Shown: in pieces, positions 25,401-39,180 of the stretch
Layout of the letters: every line of letters starts with the position of its first letter
How positions within the stretch are numbered: the first letter of the stretch is position 1
Source of the DNA: Epiperipatus broadwayi
Lineage: Eukaryota > Animalia > Onychophora
Length of the DNA stretch: 64,000 nucleotides
Direction: 5' to 3'
NCBI GenBank assembly: GCA_028023455.1
Contig: JAQFVV010000005.1
Span: 20,832,001 to 20,896,000 of the forward strand
The notes under the pieces: model-generated
What the model was told of the DNA's origin: nothing
The model's input: the letters and a program-made list of their open reading frames with translations, nothing else
Databases searched by the model: none
Position numbers and translations under genes: made by a program

Positions 25401-25560
25401 AACTTTATGTAATTCAAAGTTCTTTTGTATTCTGACTCCTAACTATAATGTAATTATTAAAACCATTGTTTTGAGTGTCAATGCATCCATATTCCTTTAT
25501 CTGCCTAAACAAAGTGTTGCTTACAGTCAATCTATATGTCATGCAAAAATTCATTGAATA
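22500..25560 (-). mobile_element. Decayed RTE-BovB-like LINE interrupted by a DNA element
   Basis: QYADDCAI (about 24090-24115), VKQEDVFAP (about 24210-24235), NHDWFSDND (ORF 25062-25385); 22580-22940 aligns with 5900-6290. Boundaries approximate. Confidence 0.7.
22953..23894. mobile_element. Non-autonomous DNA transposon with 8-bp TSD (Merlin/hAT/P-type; superfamily unresolved)
   Basis: TSD CACAATGG at 22945-22952 and 23895-23902; imperfect TIRs AGTTCTAGTCGATTAGCCGGCAC versus GGTACTCATCGATTAGCTGCCAC. Confidence 0.7.
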
Positions 25561-27422
25561 GCATCAAATTAATTGAATTTGTAACACTAATACCATTATT
25601 TCTAATAATCTTTGGCAAGAAGTCTACTCTTTATATCAACACATGTATTAAAGTCTCCAAGAATAAAAATGCAATCTTTTAATGTGTATTGCTATATACT
25701 ATTCAGCAAGAAGTCAACTGTTCTTTATATGAATTCTCAGAATCTAAGTTTAAGAAATGAGCACAGATATCATTCTACAGGTCATGTTTTAATATCATTA
25801 ATTCTTCATTGATGCATGGAGTAAATCTAAGAATAGAATTAAATTAAATATTACAGCTTTTATAAGTTGTTGTGTTCTTCTGAAACAACTTGTAGAAATG
25901 TACCTGTTCTATTATACTTTCTTCCTCAGGAAGGTAAAGTTCACTAAAAGCAGATTTATCAATCTTTAATCTTGATTAATCTCAAGACATTAGTGCTGTC
26001 TTTCATTTAGATCATGAAGAGTTTATATCAAGTAAACTCTGTATTCCATGTTTATAACTTATACCTTCAGCACTCCTACTGCCTTTTGCTTTTGTACTAG
26101 TACTGGTGACATTATTATTTTTATTGCTTTAATGAATAATCCAGCAGGCTTAACAAACCTAACCAGACTGTGTGAGACAGACCATTTTTAGATTATACTT
26201 TTTACATCTCTTTTTCTTCTATAGTAGGCAGAGGGATTCTCAAACTGTGCTGCATAAACATAAAATAGCTGCAAAGCTGAAACAGCTGTTTTAAATCTGT
26301 TCTACCCAACTCCTTAGAAATTTACTTCCTCAAGCAGAGACCACACTTAAGGATTGCCAGAGTACTAAGTCTGTTCCTGCCATGGCTTTCTTAATTCTCA
26401 AAAACTTCAAATTAAAAAAAATATAAAAGGGAATTTGAGCTAGAACTGCTCCATATATAGTTTAAAGATGGAAATTTGGTTGCACATTCCCATTGTCACA
26501 GTTAATTAGGGAGAAGACTGATAGATTTTAAGGTTTATAATAATCAGGGCCTATATTCTATCTATTTAGTTTTTGATGAACTAATAACCTATTCTAAAAG
26601 CAGGAAATACTCTTGGCCAGGCACTGTTTATATTCATTCACAGTTAGATCTCATATCTAGAGGTTGTTCTATTATCCACTACTTGCAAAGCCCATTAGTA
26701 GCTGATCTATATTTAATAAAATATTTATGAATGGGAAATGGGTAGTTTTTAATGTATTCCATTGCAAATAAAAGCTTTAATTTCATTAACTTTTTCATAG
26801 CCAAAACAAATAGCATACTGAATCTCTCACATTATATATGTATTTCAACTAGTTATGGATGTGTTTATTGTTACATTACCGATTTAAACATAATATCAGT
26901 TATTATACTGCACTTCCAATGCACACTAGAGAAGCTATATTTTAATTAGGTTTTATTCTGGCTTAGCACTTTTGGGGCATATTTGCTCCCATATTCATAG
27001 CCATGTTGTTCTCAATTTCATGTTATCATTAGTGTATGCAAGCAGTATAATAATTATGAAGAATTGGTGAAGTAAATGAATCATTACATAATATCAATGT
27101 GTGTGATAATAAGTTTATACTTTGAAAATATTGAAGAGATTAATAAATCAAGTTCAGGCTGCTATTATATTGTGGTTGTCAGGTTTAAATTCCTAGCACA
27201 CATGATGAAATGATGTAGTTAAAATATATGTATAGTTCATATATGTTATTTTACATTGGTTAGTAATTAATGACCTTAAATTTTACATGCAATAAATCAT
27301 GCTAAGTCTAACTATTGTTTTTTTATTCACACACATATACTAACAACACCAGCAATTAAATGGTTGCATTCATAGAGACAGTGCAAAAGATAATGAGTTT
27401 CTTAAATGAACATATTTTTATA

Positions 27423-28895
27423 CACCTGGGTCTCGTTTTATGCGGTAGATATGTTTCTCAGAAAATGCACACAAAAGAAATTGCACAAAAATAGACATAA
27501 CTTACGTTGAAAAATGGGAGATACGTACTGTAATTTTCGAAAATCACATAAAAGCAAAGCATCAATGTAAAATTATTTTAAAATTTGCATAAAAAAAATA
27601 AGGAAATAAAATATGACTAATAAAAAATTTTGAATTTGGAAAAAATTGATACAAGACAAACTTTCTTTTATTAACTACAGTATTTAATTTTATTCAAAAC
27701 AATATATATTTTATGTGTAATTTAGAGTATTTTACATTTTTTCATACATGTACAGTATTTTAATCATTGCTATTTGAAGATATGCAAGTTTGTTTGTGAG
27801 CTAGTAAGACATCAGATTCGTCACAAGAGGAAATACAACTAGCACCAACTTCATTTTTTTTAATTGTTCTTATAGTACACTCGATCGCTGTTGATCCTTT
27901 CCATTTCGCTAAGCGATCTAAAATTGAAATTTTTGTTTCCAAAGAAATTCATTTTCTTGGGAGTTTTTTCCTCTCCATTAGGGTAAACTAAAAATTTTAA
28001 ATAAAAATAAGAACTTAGACTTATGATAATAAAAAGACACCTACTCATCACTATTGGGCAAAATTTAATTAAAACTAACAATTAAAAATTAAATTCTTAT
28101 TTTTGTCTTTATTTTTTAATTTTCACTTCCGTTTAAAAATCAATTTTCATTGTTTGGCATCACATTAATTTCAGATCACATTACATAATTTTTAAATTGT
28201 TAATTATAATAAAAATCAGATTTTAATTTTTAATTGTCAAATTTAATTGTGCCCACCACTGTTACTCACCTTTTAAAAATAAATTTGCAGACACTAAATG
28301 ATTAATTAATTATGTACTCTTTTTTTAAAAAGCAAAAATAGAATGTGATTTAAAATGCAAAAACAACAACATGCATAATATACGCATCTATAATGTTTGA
28401 ACAGATTTACATTATAATCTTGTAAAATTTATTACTTGCGAACACTAAATGATTAATTGATTACGTAGTCTTTTTTTAATAATACAATGTGATTTAAAAG
28501 CAAAAACAACAACTTGCATAGTATAGGCATCTATAACGTTTGAACAGATTTACATTATAATCTTGTAAAATTTAATATGTGTATATAAAATGGGGAAATC
28601 CTGATTTTAAGTGAATTATGAACTTCTTTATTGCATAAAATCTATTACAGTACTATTATAAAGCACTGAAAATATTGAAATTATTAGATGGAAGTCGAAC
28701 TCTGATAATGCGCTATGATGTGTGAAGCAAAATTTATAATATTTAAAGTAATAGTGCATTATCAGAGCTCGCCTTCTGATCTAATAATTTTTATCGCATA
28801 AAAGAAAACCGCATATAAAGATATTAAGAAGAAACATGAATCGCATAACTTCAAAATCACATTAAAAAAAGTCTGCATAAAATGAGATCCAGGTG
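27423..28895 (-). mobile_element. Internally deleted Tigger/pogo-type DNA transposon
   Basis: TIRs CACCTGG(G/A)TCTC(G/A)TTTTATGC with TA TSDs; N-terminal HTH remnant ETKISILDRLAK...TIRTIKKN (27760-27942); internal duplication of about 150 bp (28291-28572) and subterminal hairpin (28675-28790). Confidence 0.85.
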
Positions 28896-28989
28896 TATTT
28901 GAAGCTCCTTTCCATGTTTTATCATCAGTAATCAAAAAAATAATAATATATGTATTAACATTTGCATGTAGTTCATAATCTAGCTGCTA

Positions 28990-29420
28990 TTTATATTAAA
29001 ATAATTTTGGGATCTAAAAAAATCACTAATGATGGGAACAAATGAGGAATAGATATGTTGGTAAATAGATAAATAAATAGATAAATTGAGATAGATAGGC
29101 AAGTGGATAGATAGATACACAGACATATAAGTAGATAAATAGATAGACAAATAGATTGATAGAACATTAGAAACATAGATAGACAGGGTAGAGAGATAGT
29201 TATATAGTTAGATAAATTGCACAGATAGATAATATGTGAATGAATGAATGGATAGTCAGTCAGCCAAACCAGAAAATTAGACAGATTGATAGATGTAGAT
29301 AGATGGATGAATTAGTGGATAAATGAATGATAGGTCATTGAACAATTGGATTGATGGATAGATAAATAGATGGAAATGTGACTATGGATAAAAATGAAAA
29401 AATAAGTTGGATAGATTAGG
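28990..29420. repeat. Degenerate (GATA/GATG)n microsatellite
   Basis: Direct inspection. Confidence 0.85.
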
Positions 29421-31229
29421 GTAAAAATATAGAAAAATAAAAGAATAGATTATTTAATGGGTCATTGTTTGTATCAGATAGTGGGATAGTTGTGTCAATG
29501 ATTGAAGAACAAAAACTTCCTGGACGGATTCCTGACTGTAGAAAAATTGAACATAAAATTAATAGTGAAAAAATTAAGAAAAGGGAAACTGAACTGAGTT
29601 TGGCAATTAGAAACAAAACAAATTATTTTATAAATAAAAACAAGGGCAACTTTTCATTCTACTACCATATATAGTAAGCTTGAGTAAATTGAAGATCTCC
29701 TTTCCCAGAACCATTATGTTTGTTGCCTTTTCAATATTGGGTGAATTGGAGACAAGTGTGTGTGACTATTATTTTTAGAAATAAATAAAATAGTATCAAA
29801 AACTAACAAGGGAACAAACAGAGGCATAAATCAACTTTTCATTGGTCATATTAAGAGTTGGGAAAATTTATTACAAAAGTATTCAATTCTTAGGGAGGTT
29901 GAAAATTATGAATGTTCCATTATGGTGACAGATGATAATTACATTATCAATATCTTTGAAAGTCACATGATGTGAGAATTCTTTTCAATTGATATTTGCC
30001 TAGCCTTTAGCAATAAATTGATACTGACTTGGTGGCCTTTAATAATAGTGATGATGATGTCTTATAAAGTTTAGTGCAAACAAGAGCAACAGCTTACAGT
30101 TCTGTCATTTCCAATCCTCAAACTTTTTATGGACTTATAAGATTATTGTGGGGAAATAAGGGAGTAAATGCACATTTACAATATAGTAGAAGGAGTGAAG
30201 CAAGTTTGAATGGATAGTAATTATAAAGATACTTGAAGAAAGATTGATAATAGTATGATGATATGAAAGCTATACTTAACTAAACAATTGATTTTAAATA
30301 TAGTTAAAAGAATTTACCAAAGTACACTTCAAACAACATTAGAGCATTCAACAGAAGTTCTGACTTTAAGGCTTTGTAGAAATGAATTGACTTTTGAATT
30401 CACTTACATCCAAGCATATTAATTAGTCACTTAACATTGGATATGCATGAAAATTTAAATATTCCAGTGTATCCATCTTCCAAATTCTAGCTCTAAGAGA
30501 TTCATTTAATCCATACATATCAAAAAACTGAAATAATCTGTAAAATGGTTGAAACATCTTTTAATTATATATTCACTTCAAAAGTATAGCTTTTTTTAAA
30601 AAATCTTAAGATGACTTAAAACAGTTAAAATATTCCATAATATTAAAAATCAAAGTAACTTTAAAAATGTAGAATGATTTCATTTTAGCAATTTTAGAGC
30701 ATTTCTGGATTTTTTTAGACATATATAGTTATAAGTTATGCTTGAAATACTATACATTGTATGTAAAACAGCCTTTCTAATAAATAGCTCCTACAGTCTC
30801 CCGTAAAGGAACAGAAATTCCCCAGTTAAGCATATTTTTCATCCTTCTTTTACTCTTTAGCAAAAGTAGCTAGATAGCCGTTTAGGTTGGCCATGGATCA
30901 ATCATCTAATATTGGTCAGAAAATGGATATCTAGTTGTCATATGTAAATTAAAAAAATTATTTCTATAGAAATATATTAGGAAAAAAGTATGCAGATAAA
31001 TGAAATTACGGCACTCACCAGAATAAATCTGATTTGGTTTGTTTAGAAAGTGAAGTTAAAATTAGACAATAACAAAAATTCATTTTTTTCCCACATAAAT
31101 AATTTAATTCATTACTTTTTTAACAGCAATAATTCATTTATATAAAAAAAAACACTATACATACAAAGAATTTGCAATAACTTTTCATTTATATATAACA
31201 TTCTATTTATAGATGATGAGATGAATTAC

Positions 31230-31294
31230 CTAACTGGAAACAGTGGTATAGCTAGGCAGCAGAGTATTATGAGCAAACAACTCTTGATCATCAT
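31230..31294 (-). CDS. Candidate first coding exon encoding a signal-peptide-like N-terminus (MMIKSCLLIILCCLAIPLFPV)
   Basis: ATG at 31294, hydrophobic 21-aa stretch, donor AG/GTAATT at 31229, CpG-retaining region upstream (31430-31740); possible 10-nt exon ATTTATTCTG at 31019-31028 with a GTGAGT donor. No downstream exons identified. Confidence 0.3.
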
Positions 31295-32421
31295 CAATGG
31301 CAATATTGATGATGATGATTTGGAGCTTCTCAGCTCTAAAGCTTTCGATAATTTTTAAAGCATTTATTATACTCTATACTTTTCTAGAGTTTGCATTGTA
31401 TATATATAGCTTTGTGCTGGAAGATATCACTATTCATCGTTTTTTTTTTTAAAAAAAAAATCTGATAAAGGTTACTTTAGATAAAGAAAAGCTACAGTAC
31501 ATCGCATCGCACGTTATCATTTAAGCTAGTAGTCCTTTTTTTTTTTTTTACTGCAAGATAGCATTCGAACAATAAGGGTTATATTTGAAATATCGGTTAT
31601 CAATTTATATTTGTATTGATTTTAGAATGCATTTTTGTTCTATTTATTGTAAATACAGCTTTATATATTAAAATACATTTCTATAAACTTGATTAATTTA
31701 TCGAATAGATACTTCTTCATTCGTTAAATCAGAGATGCTTACATCACTACAAATAGAAAAATTCTTCAAATGAAAACATTTGAAAATAAACAGGCTAAGA
31801 GGAATTTATAATAATAAAAATTATTATTTAAAAGTTTTGTATTACAAAGTACATTGTTCCAATATATTCTTATATTTACTCAACTTCCACAACACATTCT
31901 TGAAATATAAGACATTTGTTAAAGATCCCCCAGATGCATTTCATGTTGAACCATTACTCTTTAATTGGCCCAGGTCACAATCTTTTCTACATGTCGTGAT
32001 TATTTATTCAGTATTTATCAATATCAAATTACCACGATCTGATTTTCTAATATTAAACTTTCTGCACTCAACCCTTGAAACCAACTAGCTCAAATAAATT
32101 ACTGATCCAATCAGTTCTGTCTTAACTATGAGAGTACCGTATTGGAAGTAGAAACTTGGTGTCCTCAGAAGTAATAACTTGTACTAATTTTCTTTTGTAA
32201 CGCATCAAAATATACCATAAATCTTAATTGAGCAATAGGTCATTTTTATTTTGAGAATTGTCAGCAAGATAATAGAGTATTCATACAATATCATTTCACA
32301 TCACTGCCACTTTTATTGGCTTGCATGAACTTTAAATTGATTCTGTCGGTGTGCAAGTATAAGCAAATGCCAGCTTATAATAGAAAAAATAGTGTTGATG
32401 TGATAAAGAAACATTATTATT

Positions 32422-33017
32422 GTACTTTTATATTGGACTAATTCCATCATCTAATATGTGTGTTGAATGTCTTTAGAAAATTTTAATTTTATTTAAAAAT
32501 TTCAAATGCATTCAACTGTTAGTAATATCACAACAAACAGGTTAGTATATGCACTAACTGATAGTAATATCACGGCAAACAGGTTACAACATTTTGAGAG
32601 GTATTTTTCTCCCCTCTTCTTCAGGTGTTGCTGGCCTGACCAGTGACAGTACTAGCATGGGATTTGAACCTGGGTCCTTAGATTCTTGATTATTGAATTT
32701 TAAGGTAATGCTCAGTTGGTTAGAGTGTTATCTTAAAATTCAATAATCAAGAATCTAAGGACCCAGGTTCGAATCCCATGCTAGTACTGTCACTGGTCAG
32801 GCCGGCAACATTTGAAGAAGAGGGGAGAAAAATACCTCTCAAAACGTTGTGCGTATACTAACCTGTTTGCTGTGATATTACTAACAGTTGAATGCATTTG
32901 GAATATTTAAATAAAATTAAACTTTTCTAAAGACATTTAACACACATATTAGATGATGAATATAGTCCAATATAAAAATACAGCTAGAACACCATCATCA
33001 CAAACCTTCAGGAAAAC
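32422..33017. mobile_element. Family G: tRNA-headed, hammerhead-bearing element in fold-back configuration
   Basis: 11-bp TSD ACATTATTATT at 32411-32421 and 33018-33028; arms 32422-32708 and 32727-32982; A-box GCTCAGTTGG in the loop, B-box GGTTCGAATCCC at about 32766-32777; hammerhead motif at 32587-32630 (-) and 32806-32852 (+). Confidence 0.85.
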
Positions 33018-33595
33018 ACATTATTATTACTTAATTTTTCTACAACCCCCTCCTCTTTTATTACGCTATGATTATGATACTACATAGTATTTCAAACCCA
33101 AACCTGTTTAGTTGTTAAATGTTTTAATATTTGCTTATTCATAATTTAAACTGCAATAAGCAGAAGAAAAAAAAACACTGCATTTGCCAATTTTTTTATT
33201 TTATAATCCTATCATTTCTAAGATAAATACATAAACAAAATAAGTAAATAGTTTATTCTTCAGGAATTCATAAGAAGTTCAAGTAGTGAAAGTGACTGAA
33301 CTGGGCCACCATCCATAGACTTTGAACTTTAAAGTTGGTTACTCAACCATATGCAGAGGAGATAAATACTAATTAGGCTGGAGATTAGTATATCATTCTA
33401 AACTAGATATAAATGATAAACTCAAATAAAGATTAATATATCTGTTTTGTTTTAAATTAAACATAACTAGATAGCATCATTAAACCATCTTTATCCCTCA
33501 TCATTAAACCATCTTTATCCCTCATTTTTCATTAATTTTTTTAATATATTTTAAACTTCTATTCTACCACACATTCTTTATATATATATACAAAG

Positions 33596-33670
33596 TGTTG
33601 ACCAGGAAGCGAACCCAGGTCGGTTGCTTGGAAAACAGCTACGCTAACTGCTAGGCCACCAACGCTTGAC
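33596..33670 (-). pseudogene. tRNA-Gly(TCC)-like pseudogene or SINE head
   Basis: - strand GCGTTGGTGGCCTAGCAGTTAGCGTAGCTGTTTTCCAAGCAACCGACCTGGGTTCGCTTCCTGGTCAACAC resembles eukaryotic tRNA-Gly-TCC with several stem mismatches. Confidence 0.65.
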
Positions 33671-35532
33671 ATACCACACCTTCTTGAGACATGAATAAAG
33701 GCATCCTCAAAAAGTTAAATGATCCCCCAAAAGTATTTTATGCTGACCACTATTCTTAACTTTATCCAGATCACAAGCTCTTACACATGATTTCATTTTT
33801 TTTTTTTTTTAGTATTTATCAATACCAATTTACTCAATTTGATTTATAAGTCTCACACTTTTTGCATTTACATCTGTATTATTATACAATTTACATAAAT
33901 ATGTCAATGGTTATTATTAATCACTTATTAAACTAGAGATTATTATATCATTCTTAATCCAATTATAACATTTAAATATAGATGAAGATTAACATATTTA
34001 ATTGTTTTTTTAAATTAAAGATAAACACAAATACATATTTGTATACTTCAAGAATGCATGTTAGAATAGAAATTTTAAATACATTTAAAAATGATAATAC
34101 ACATGGAAAAAAAGTGATGAAGTGGGATTAATAACACCACATGCTTATGCTTAATTTTAAAAAATAAATTCATTTACATTTAACTGCATTTTAACGTTTA
34201 TATCTAAATTAAATATGTAATGGTCAAGATTTGTAGCCTGGTAAAGTTAGTAATCCTACGAAGTAAAGAATGGCTATTCAACTTATAAGCACATGTATGC
34301 AACATATAGAAAGATAAATATTATCACAAATAACATAAGATAAATATTATTACCCACAGCTCCTTGGATATCTTCATTTAGCCACTGCATTTAATGTTAA
34401 GAGCTCATTCTTCTTTTGTAGCCCTCTTCAGGGAGTTAGAAGAAACTCTGAATCATCAAGAATCTATTTTATATAAAAGAAATATGAAGAATACTGTTTT
34501 GCTGAAAAATCAGATGGGTACAATAGTAATTTATCATAATTAAAATAATTAAAATAAGCATTTACATATACAGCAGGATTATGGGTAATTCATAATATCT
34601 ATGAACTTTAAATAAAAAATGTTACAATAAGTTTTAGGGTTTAAGTACAGGTAACATTAATAATTTATCACATGATCCATATCATTATAATATCAAATTG
34701 CTTTAATTGATTCATTAAAGTTAAATATGAACTTATTAGCTTAATAAGAGTTTAAAGATAAGTTATCGTATATAATCTATGGCCTTAACCTTTCACATGT
34801 AAAATAAAAATATGAATTTGAAATTGGAACATACACTAATTTATAACAATAAAAATATCTTAGTACCTGAATAAAAATTACCATTTATTTTATACCAATG
34901 GATGCATTAAACTGATCATTACCTATATCCACTATCATAATTCTTCATAATGGTAGTAATTAACACAAATGCTCTGTGGTACCAACTTTCCTGTGAGACA
35001 ACATGTGTGCAAGACATGGACACAATGCTATTTATAGTATTTTGTGAATTCAAATTATCTCTGGAAGGATACTGTGGCTCTACCTAGGGATACTATTATA
35101 AACAAAATATTTAACTATCAAGTATAGCCAACTTAAGATTTGGCATATATAAAGGTCATTTACATCTACAAATGAACATAATCACATAAGTTTACATGTT
35201 CAAACATTTCGTAGTATAAGTCAATTCAAACATCTAAAAATCTAATACATCAGATAGATGACTAGAATTCTAAAATATAAAATAATATAAATGATTCTCT
35301 TAAACTGTAAGCTGTAAAATAAATACCCAGTTAACTAAATGTCTTAGAATCACTTAAGACTCAACATAAAATATGTATATGTGGCATGCCAATATTCACA
35401 TAGGACATATGAGAGAAAGGGCATATTAGGTATATAACTATAAACATATAGCAGGACATAATCTGCTCAAATTATTAATAAAGAATGATAAAGATAGCCT
35501 AATAAAAAAATATTTCTTGAACTATAATATCA

Positions 35533-36220
35533 CTAATAAATAGTCAATAAAAATTAAAGTCATATATCACATGGCCTAATCCTTATGCTAATTGCTCTAA
35601 CAAGCTTTATTGATAAATGGCCAGCAAGAGAAAGCATTTTAAAATCACTTTCTAGAAGCCACATCCTAACCTCAGACCAATGGTTTCATGCTTTGGCACT
35701 CTCAATGAGGCACTATGGTAGTTTCAGACACTAGATCTAAAAATACCAACCCAAAGCCAGCATTTATCTAAAAATTATCTATTGAGGGGAAAATCTGAAA
35801 TTTTCAGACACCTACATGTCTTCAAACCCAGCTAACCAACTCAAATAGCTATATGGGGCTGAGAGATCTTCAGCCAAACCACATATTAATAGCCTTAGCA
35901 ATATAACATTGCTTAAGACTTTAAAGCAAAAGACTCTAAATAGTCAATAAAAATTAAAGTCATATATCACATGACCTAATTCTTTTAAGCTTGTAAATAA
36001 AAAAACAGTGAGCTCTGTGCTAATTGCTCTAACAAGCTTTATTGATAAATGTCAGCAAGAGAAAGCATTTTAAAATCTCTATTTAGAAACCACACCCTAA
36101 CCAGACCAATGCTTAAAAGGTTAGGGTGTGATTTCTAGATAGAGATTTTAAAATGCTTTTTCTTGCTGGCATTTATCAATAAAGCTTGTTAGAGCAATTA
36201 GCACAGAGCTCATGTTTTTT
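35533..36220. mobile_element. Family I element: tandem units of about 400 bp plus fold-back, with a hammerhead
   Basis: AAATAGTCAATAAAAATT at 35538 and 35938; inverted arms 36010-36102 and 36119-36212; hammerhead-like motif at 35670-35710 (-). Confidence 0.75.
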
Positions 36221-39094
36221 ATAATGTCTCATGCATTTTCCTGGAAATTAAACATTTAATATAATGACTAGACATGGAAATACTTTCATTATTTCTCTTG
36301 TTAACAATAGTATGCAATTATACAAGTGTAAGCTGGACAAGCATTATGAAGAATCCTTATATTGACTATAACTGAGAACTCAGAAATAATTTAATTAAAT
36401 GAAATAAAACATCTAGACAGGTATTTCTTCCACCAGTTCATTAACAGAAAAATCAATCACTCTTTTATTGTTGATCTTGAATTTGCTTCTTTACTATAAT
36501 TTCATAAAACTTTATTAAATAGAACCTTTTCAGATATTCGTAGTTATTTATTTTAATGCAGTTAGTATAATTTGCTTAACTGAAATTATTATAATCTAAT
36601 ATTTAATTTTGACTAAATTATTACAGTATAAGATTTTATTTTTAGATTAAATTATTATAACCTTCAATTTGGTTTCTCTTATCTGTCCTGTCATTTTTAT
36701 TAACCTAAAGATTAATCTTATTTCTACTGATTTATAATCTTGTAACTGAATCAAATTTATGATTACCCATTTAAAACTACTCAAAGAAAATATCTTGTGA
36801 ATTGAATTGATGAGTCAGGGTGCAACATTCTAGCTATTTATAAATTACACCTCATGAGTTAGTTATGAAATAATAATAATAATAATATGCGGATTAATTT
36901 GATTGGAATATATATATTTGATTGCATAAACATTGTCACTGTTAAATAATATATATATAGAAATATACGGTCATATGATATACTTACTAATTAAATAAAT
37001 ATAACTAATACTATTAATAAAGGAATTCAAATACATAATACTGATAATACTATATAATACAAAAAACTATGTATAATCAGGGTATTATTAAGAATATTAT
37101 TATTAAATACTACCCTATGAGTTAATGAAGGGGGTGATAATTTTACCAAAGCAAGAGTTTATGACTAAAGTTTAAAATGATTGAATCAATTACGTATGCA
37201 GATGGGAGCTGGGATTGAAACATATCTATGTTCAGTATATCTGTGGCATAGTTTCACCTGAATTTATTGATACATCACGAAGCTTCATTTCTTTTATAAC
37301 AGGGCACTTTTGGGTGAATTTATTTTTTTAATGTATAAAGCTTCTTCATTGACACATCATTTCATTTCTTCCATTTATAATTTTGTTAATTGCTGATGCT
37401 TGATAATTTTAAAACTATTAAATTATATAGCAAAGCATTTTTGAAGTACTACTTTTCCTGGAGTCTATGGTAAACATCATCGCAGTGACGGACTATAAGC
37501 CTCTTTTGAATTTCATAAGGCAGGTGCTTCTTAATGATAGACATATGAATGTTTTTTATGCTGAAACTGCTACAGAAGGCGAGCCTTACGGAGAGGATCT
37601 GCTGGTCTTGCCGATGATTCTACATGACAATTTCTGTGGTTCTTTTCACAGGACTAGCAGAAATTGACTTTAAGAACTCTTAAAACATATTTTATAATTT
37701 ATTTATATAAAATCTAAATAAAAGATTTCCAGACAATTCTCTGATTTACGATGATTAATGGGGGGGGGGGGTGTCCATCTCCCAAATAATTTATTCTTCT
37801 GGACACCTGTTATTTATTTTTAACTAAATAGTTATGCTTAAGTAGTTTTGTATATATTTTTATTTTAATCCAACTGTAAAAGTGAAAGAACCAAGAGTAC
37901 ATCTTGCTAGATAATAAAATTAAAAGCTATTAATTTAAGTTTTAGTAACTATAATTAAAAAGAATATAATAAATAGTTGAACATTAATGTAAAAAAAAAC
38001 ATAATTATTTTAACTAAAATGTTTTAACAGATCTGATTTATTTTATATATCATTGTTTTCTGCACATGCACACACACACGCACACACACACATATATATA
38101 ACTGTATATCTGTATTACTTAACAATTTATATGTGAACAATATCCTATTTACTAACACTGGCTTATACACAACTAGTTCTAGATAATATATTGATCAAAA
38201 GTAAAGCCAATATATGCAAACACATATATCCAGATTCAGAATGATATGAGAATCTCTAACTTAAAGCGTGATTAATAATAATAATTAAAATATTTATCTA
38301 TACTGGATGGGGTCAAAGATAGGAACACAAGAAGTTTGACACTTGCATATCAAATTGTAATAATTCTTGTATTTGCATATATTAAAATGGGCCAATAAAA
38401 ACTTAACACACAACAAAGCATGTATATATTACACTTGCAGAGATAAATATACAAAGTTCTAGCTATATAATTGAAACATCTTTCTAATGACAGTGTCCTG
38501 CCCTTAATCCTAGGATTCTAGAGATATTGCATTTTTGTAATTAGGATTAAGAGGTTTATTTTTCCAAAGTTATATAATTACTGAAACTATTGTTATATAT
38601 ATGCTTACACAGATTGAGTCCAATGTAATTAGTTTACAACTATATGCTACTGAATTATATACTAAATTTTATTGCTTTTTTTTAATACACTGGAAATCAT
38701 CTAATTATTGATTTTAAGGAATATTAGGCTCAGTTAGTGTTTGGAATCCATGAGTGCTTTAGGCTAGAGTTTTATTTTTGACACGAACAGATTAATGATG
38801 ATAGCAGAGAACTCTAAAATTTCTCAGTTTTTGTCAATAGAATGGAATTGTTATGCTTCGCCTATTAATTTGATGTGAGATTATCATATGGTTTTTAAAT
38901 TTAATTATTTTCATCATTATCTTGATCATAACTTTGGGATATATATATTTTTCCCCTTATGGTCAAAATTTATTTAATTTATCCATATATTGAAAATGGG
39001 CAGTTATTTTACTTTTCCTTCAACAATAAGCTTTTTTGTAGTGTTGGGTCGCCTTGCTGCTGTATTAGTAGCAATATTCTTTTATTAGCTTTAA

Positions 39095-39180
39095 AAGCGA
39101 CTGCTGCTTTGCAAGCAGTTGTCCCGGGTTAGCGGGTTCGCTTCCCGGCTGATGCTATGACATATGAGAGAGAGAAAAAA
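39095..39180 (+). mobile_element. tRNA-Gly-related SINE (subfamily 1)
   Basis: GCTGCTTTGCAAGCAGTTGTCCCGGGTTAGCGGGTTCGCTTCCCGGCTGATGCTATGACATATGA, homologous to 8268-8358. Confidence 0.75.

Noticed and set aside
34393-34436. Hammerhead-like CTGAAGA-GGGCT...AGCTC on the - strand
   Set aside because: GAAAC is replaced by TTAAC; at best a dead relic related to family C
37190-37260. Peptide KLCHRYTEHRYVSIPAP resembling the Argonaute/PIWI C-terminal motif
   Set aside because: Spacing is one residue short, it is flanked by stops, and no other PIWI-domain exons were seen
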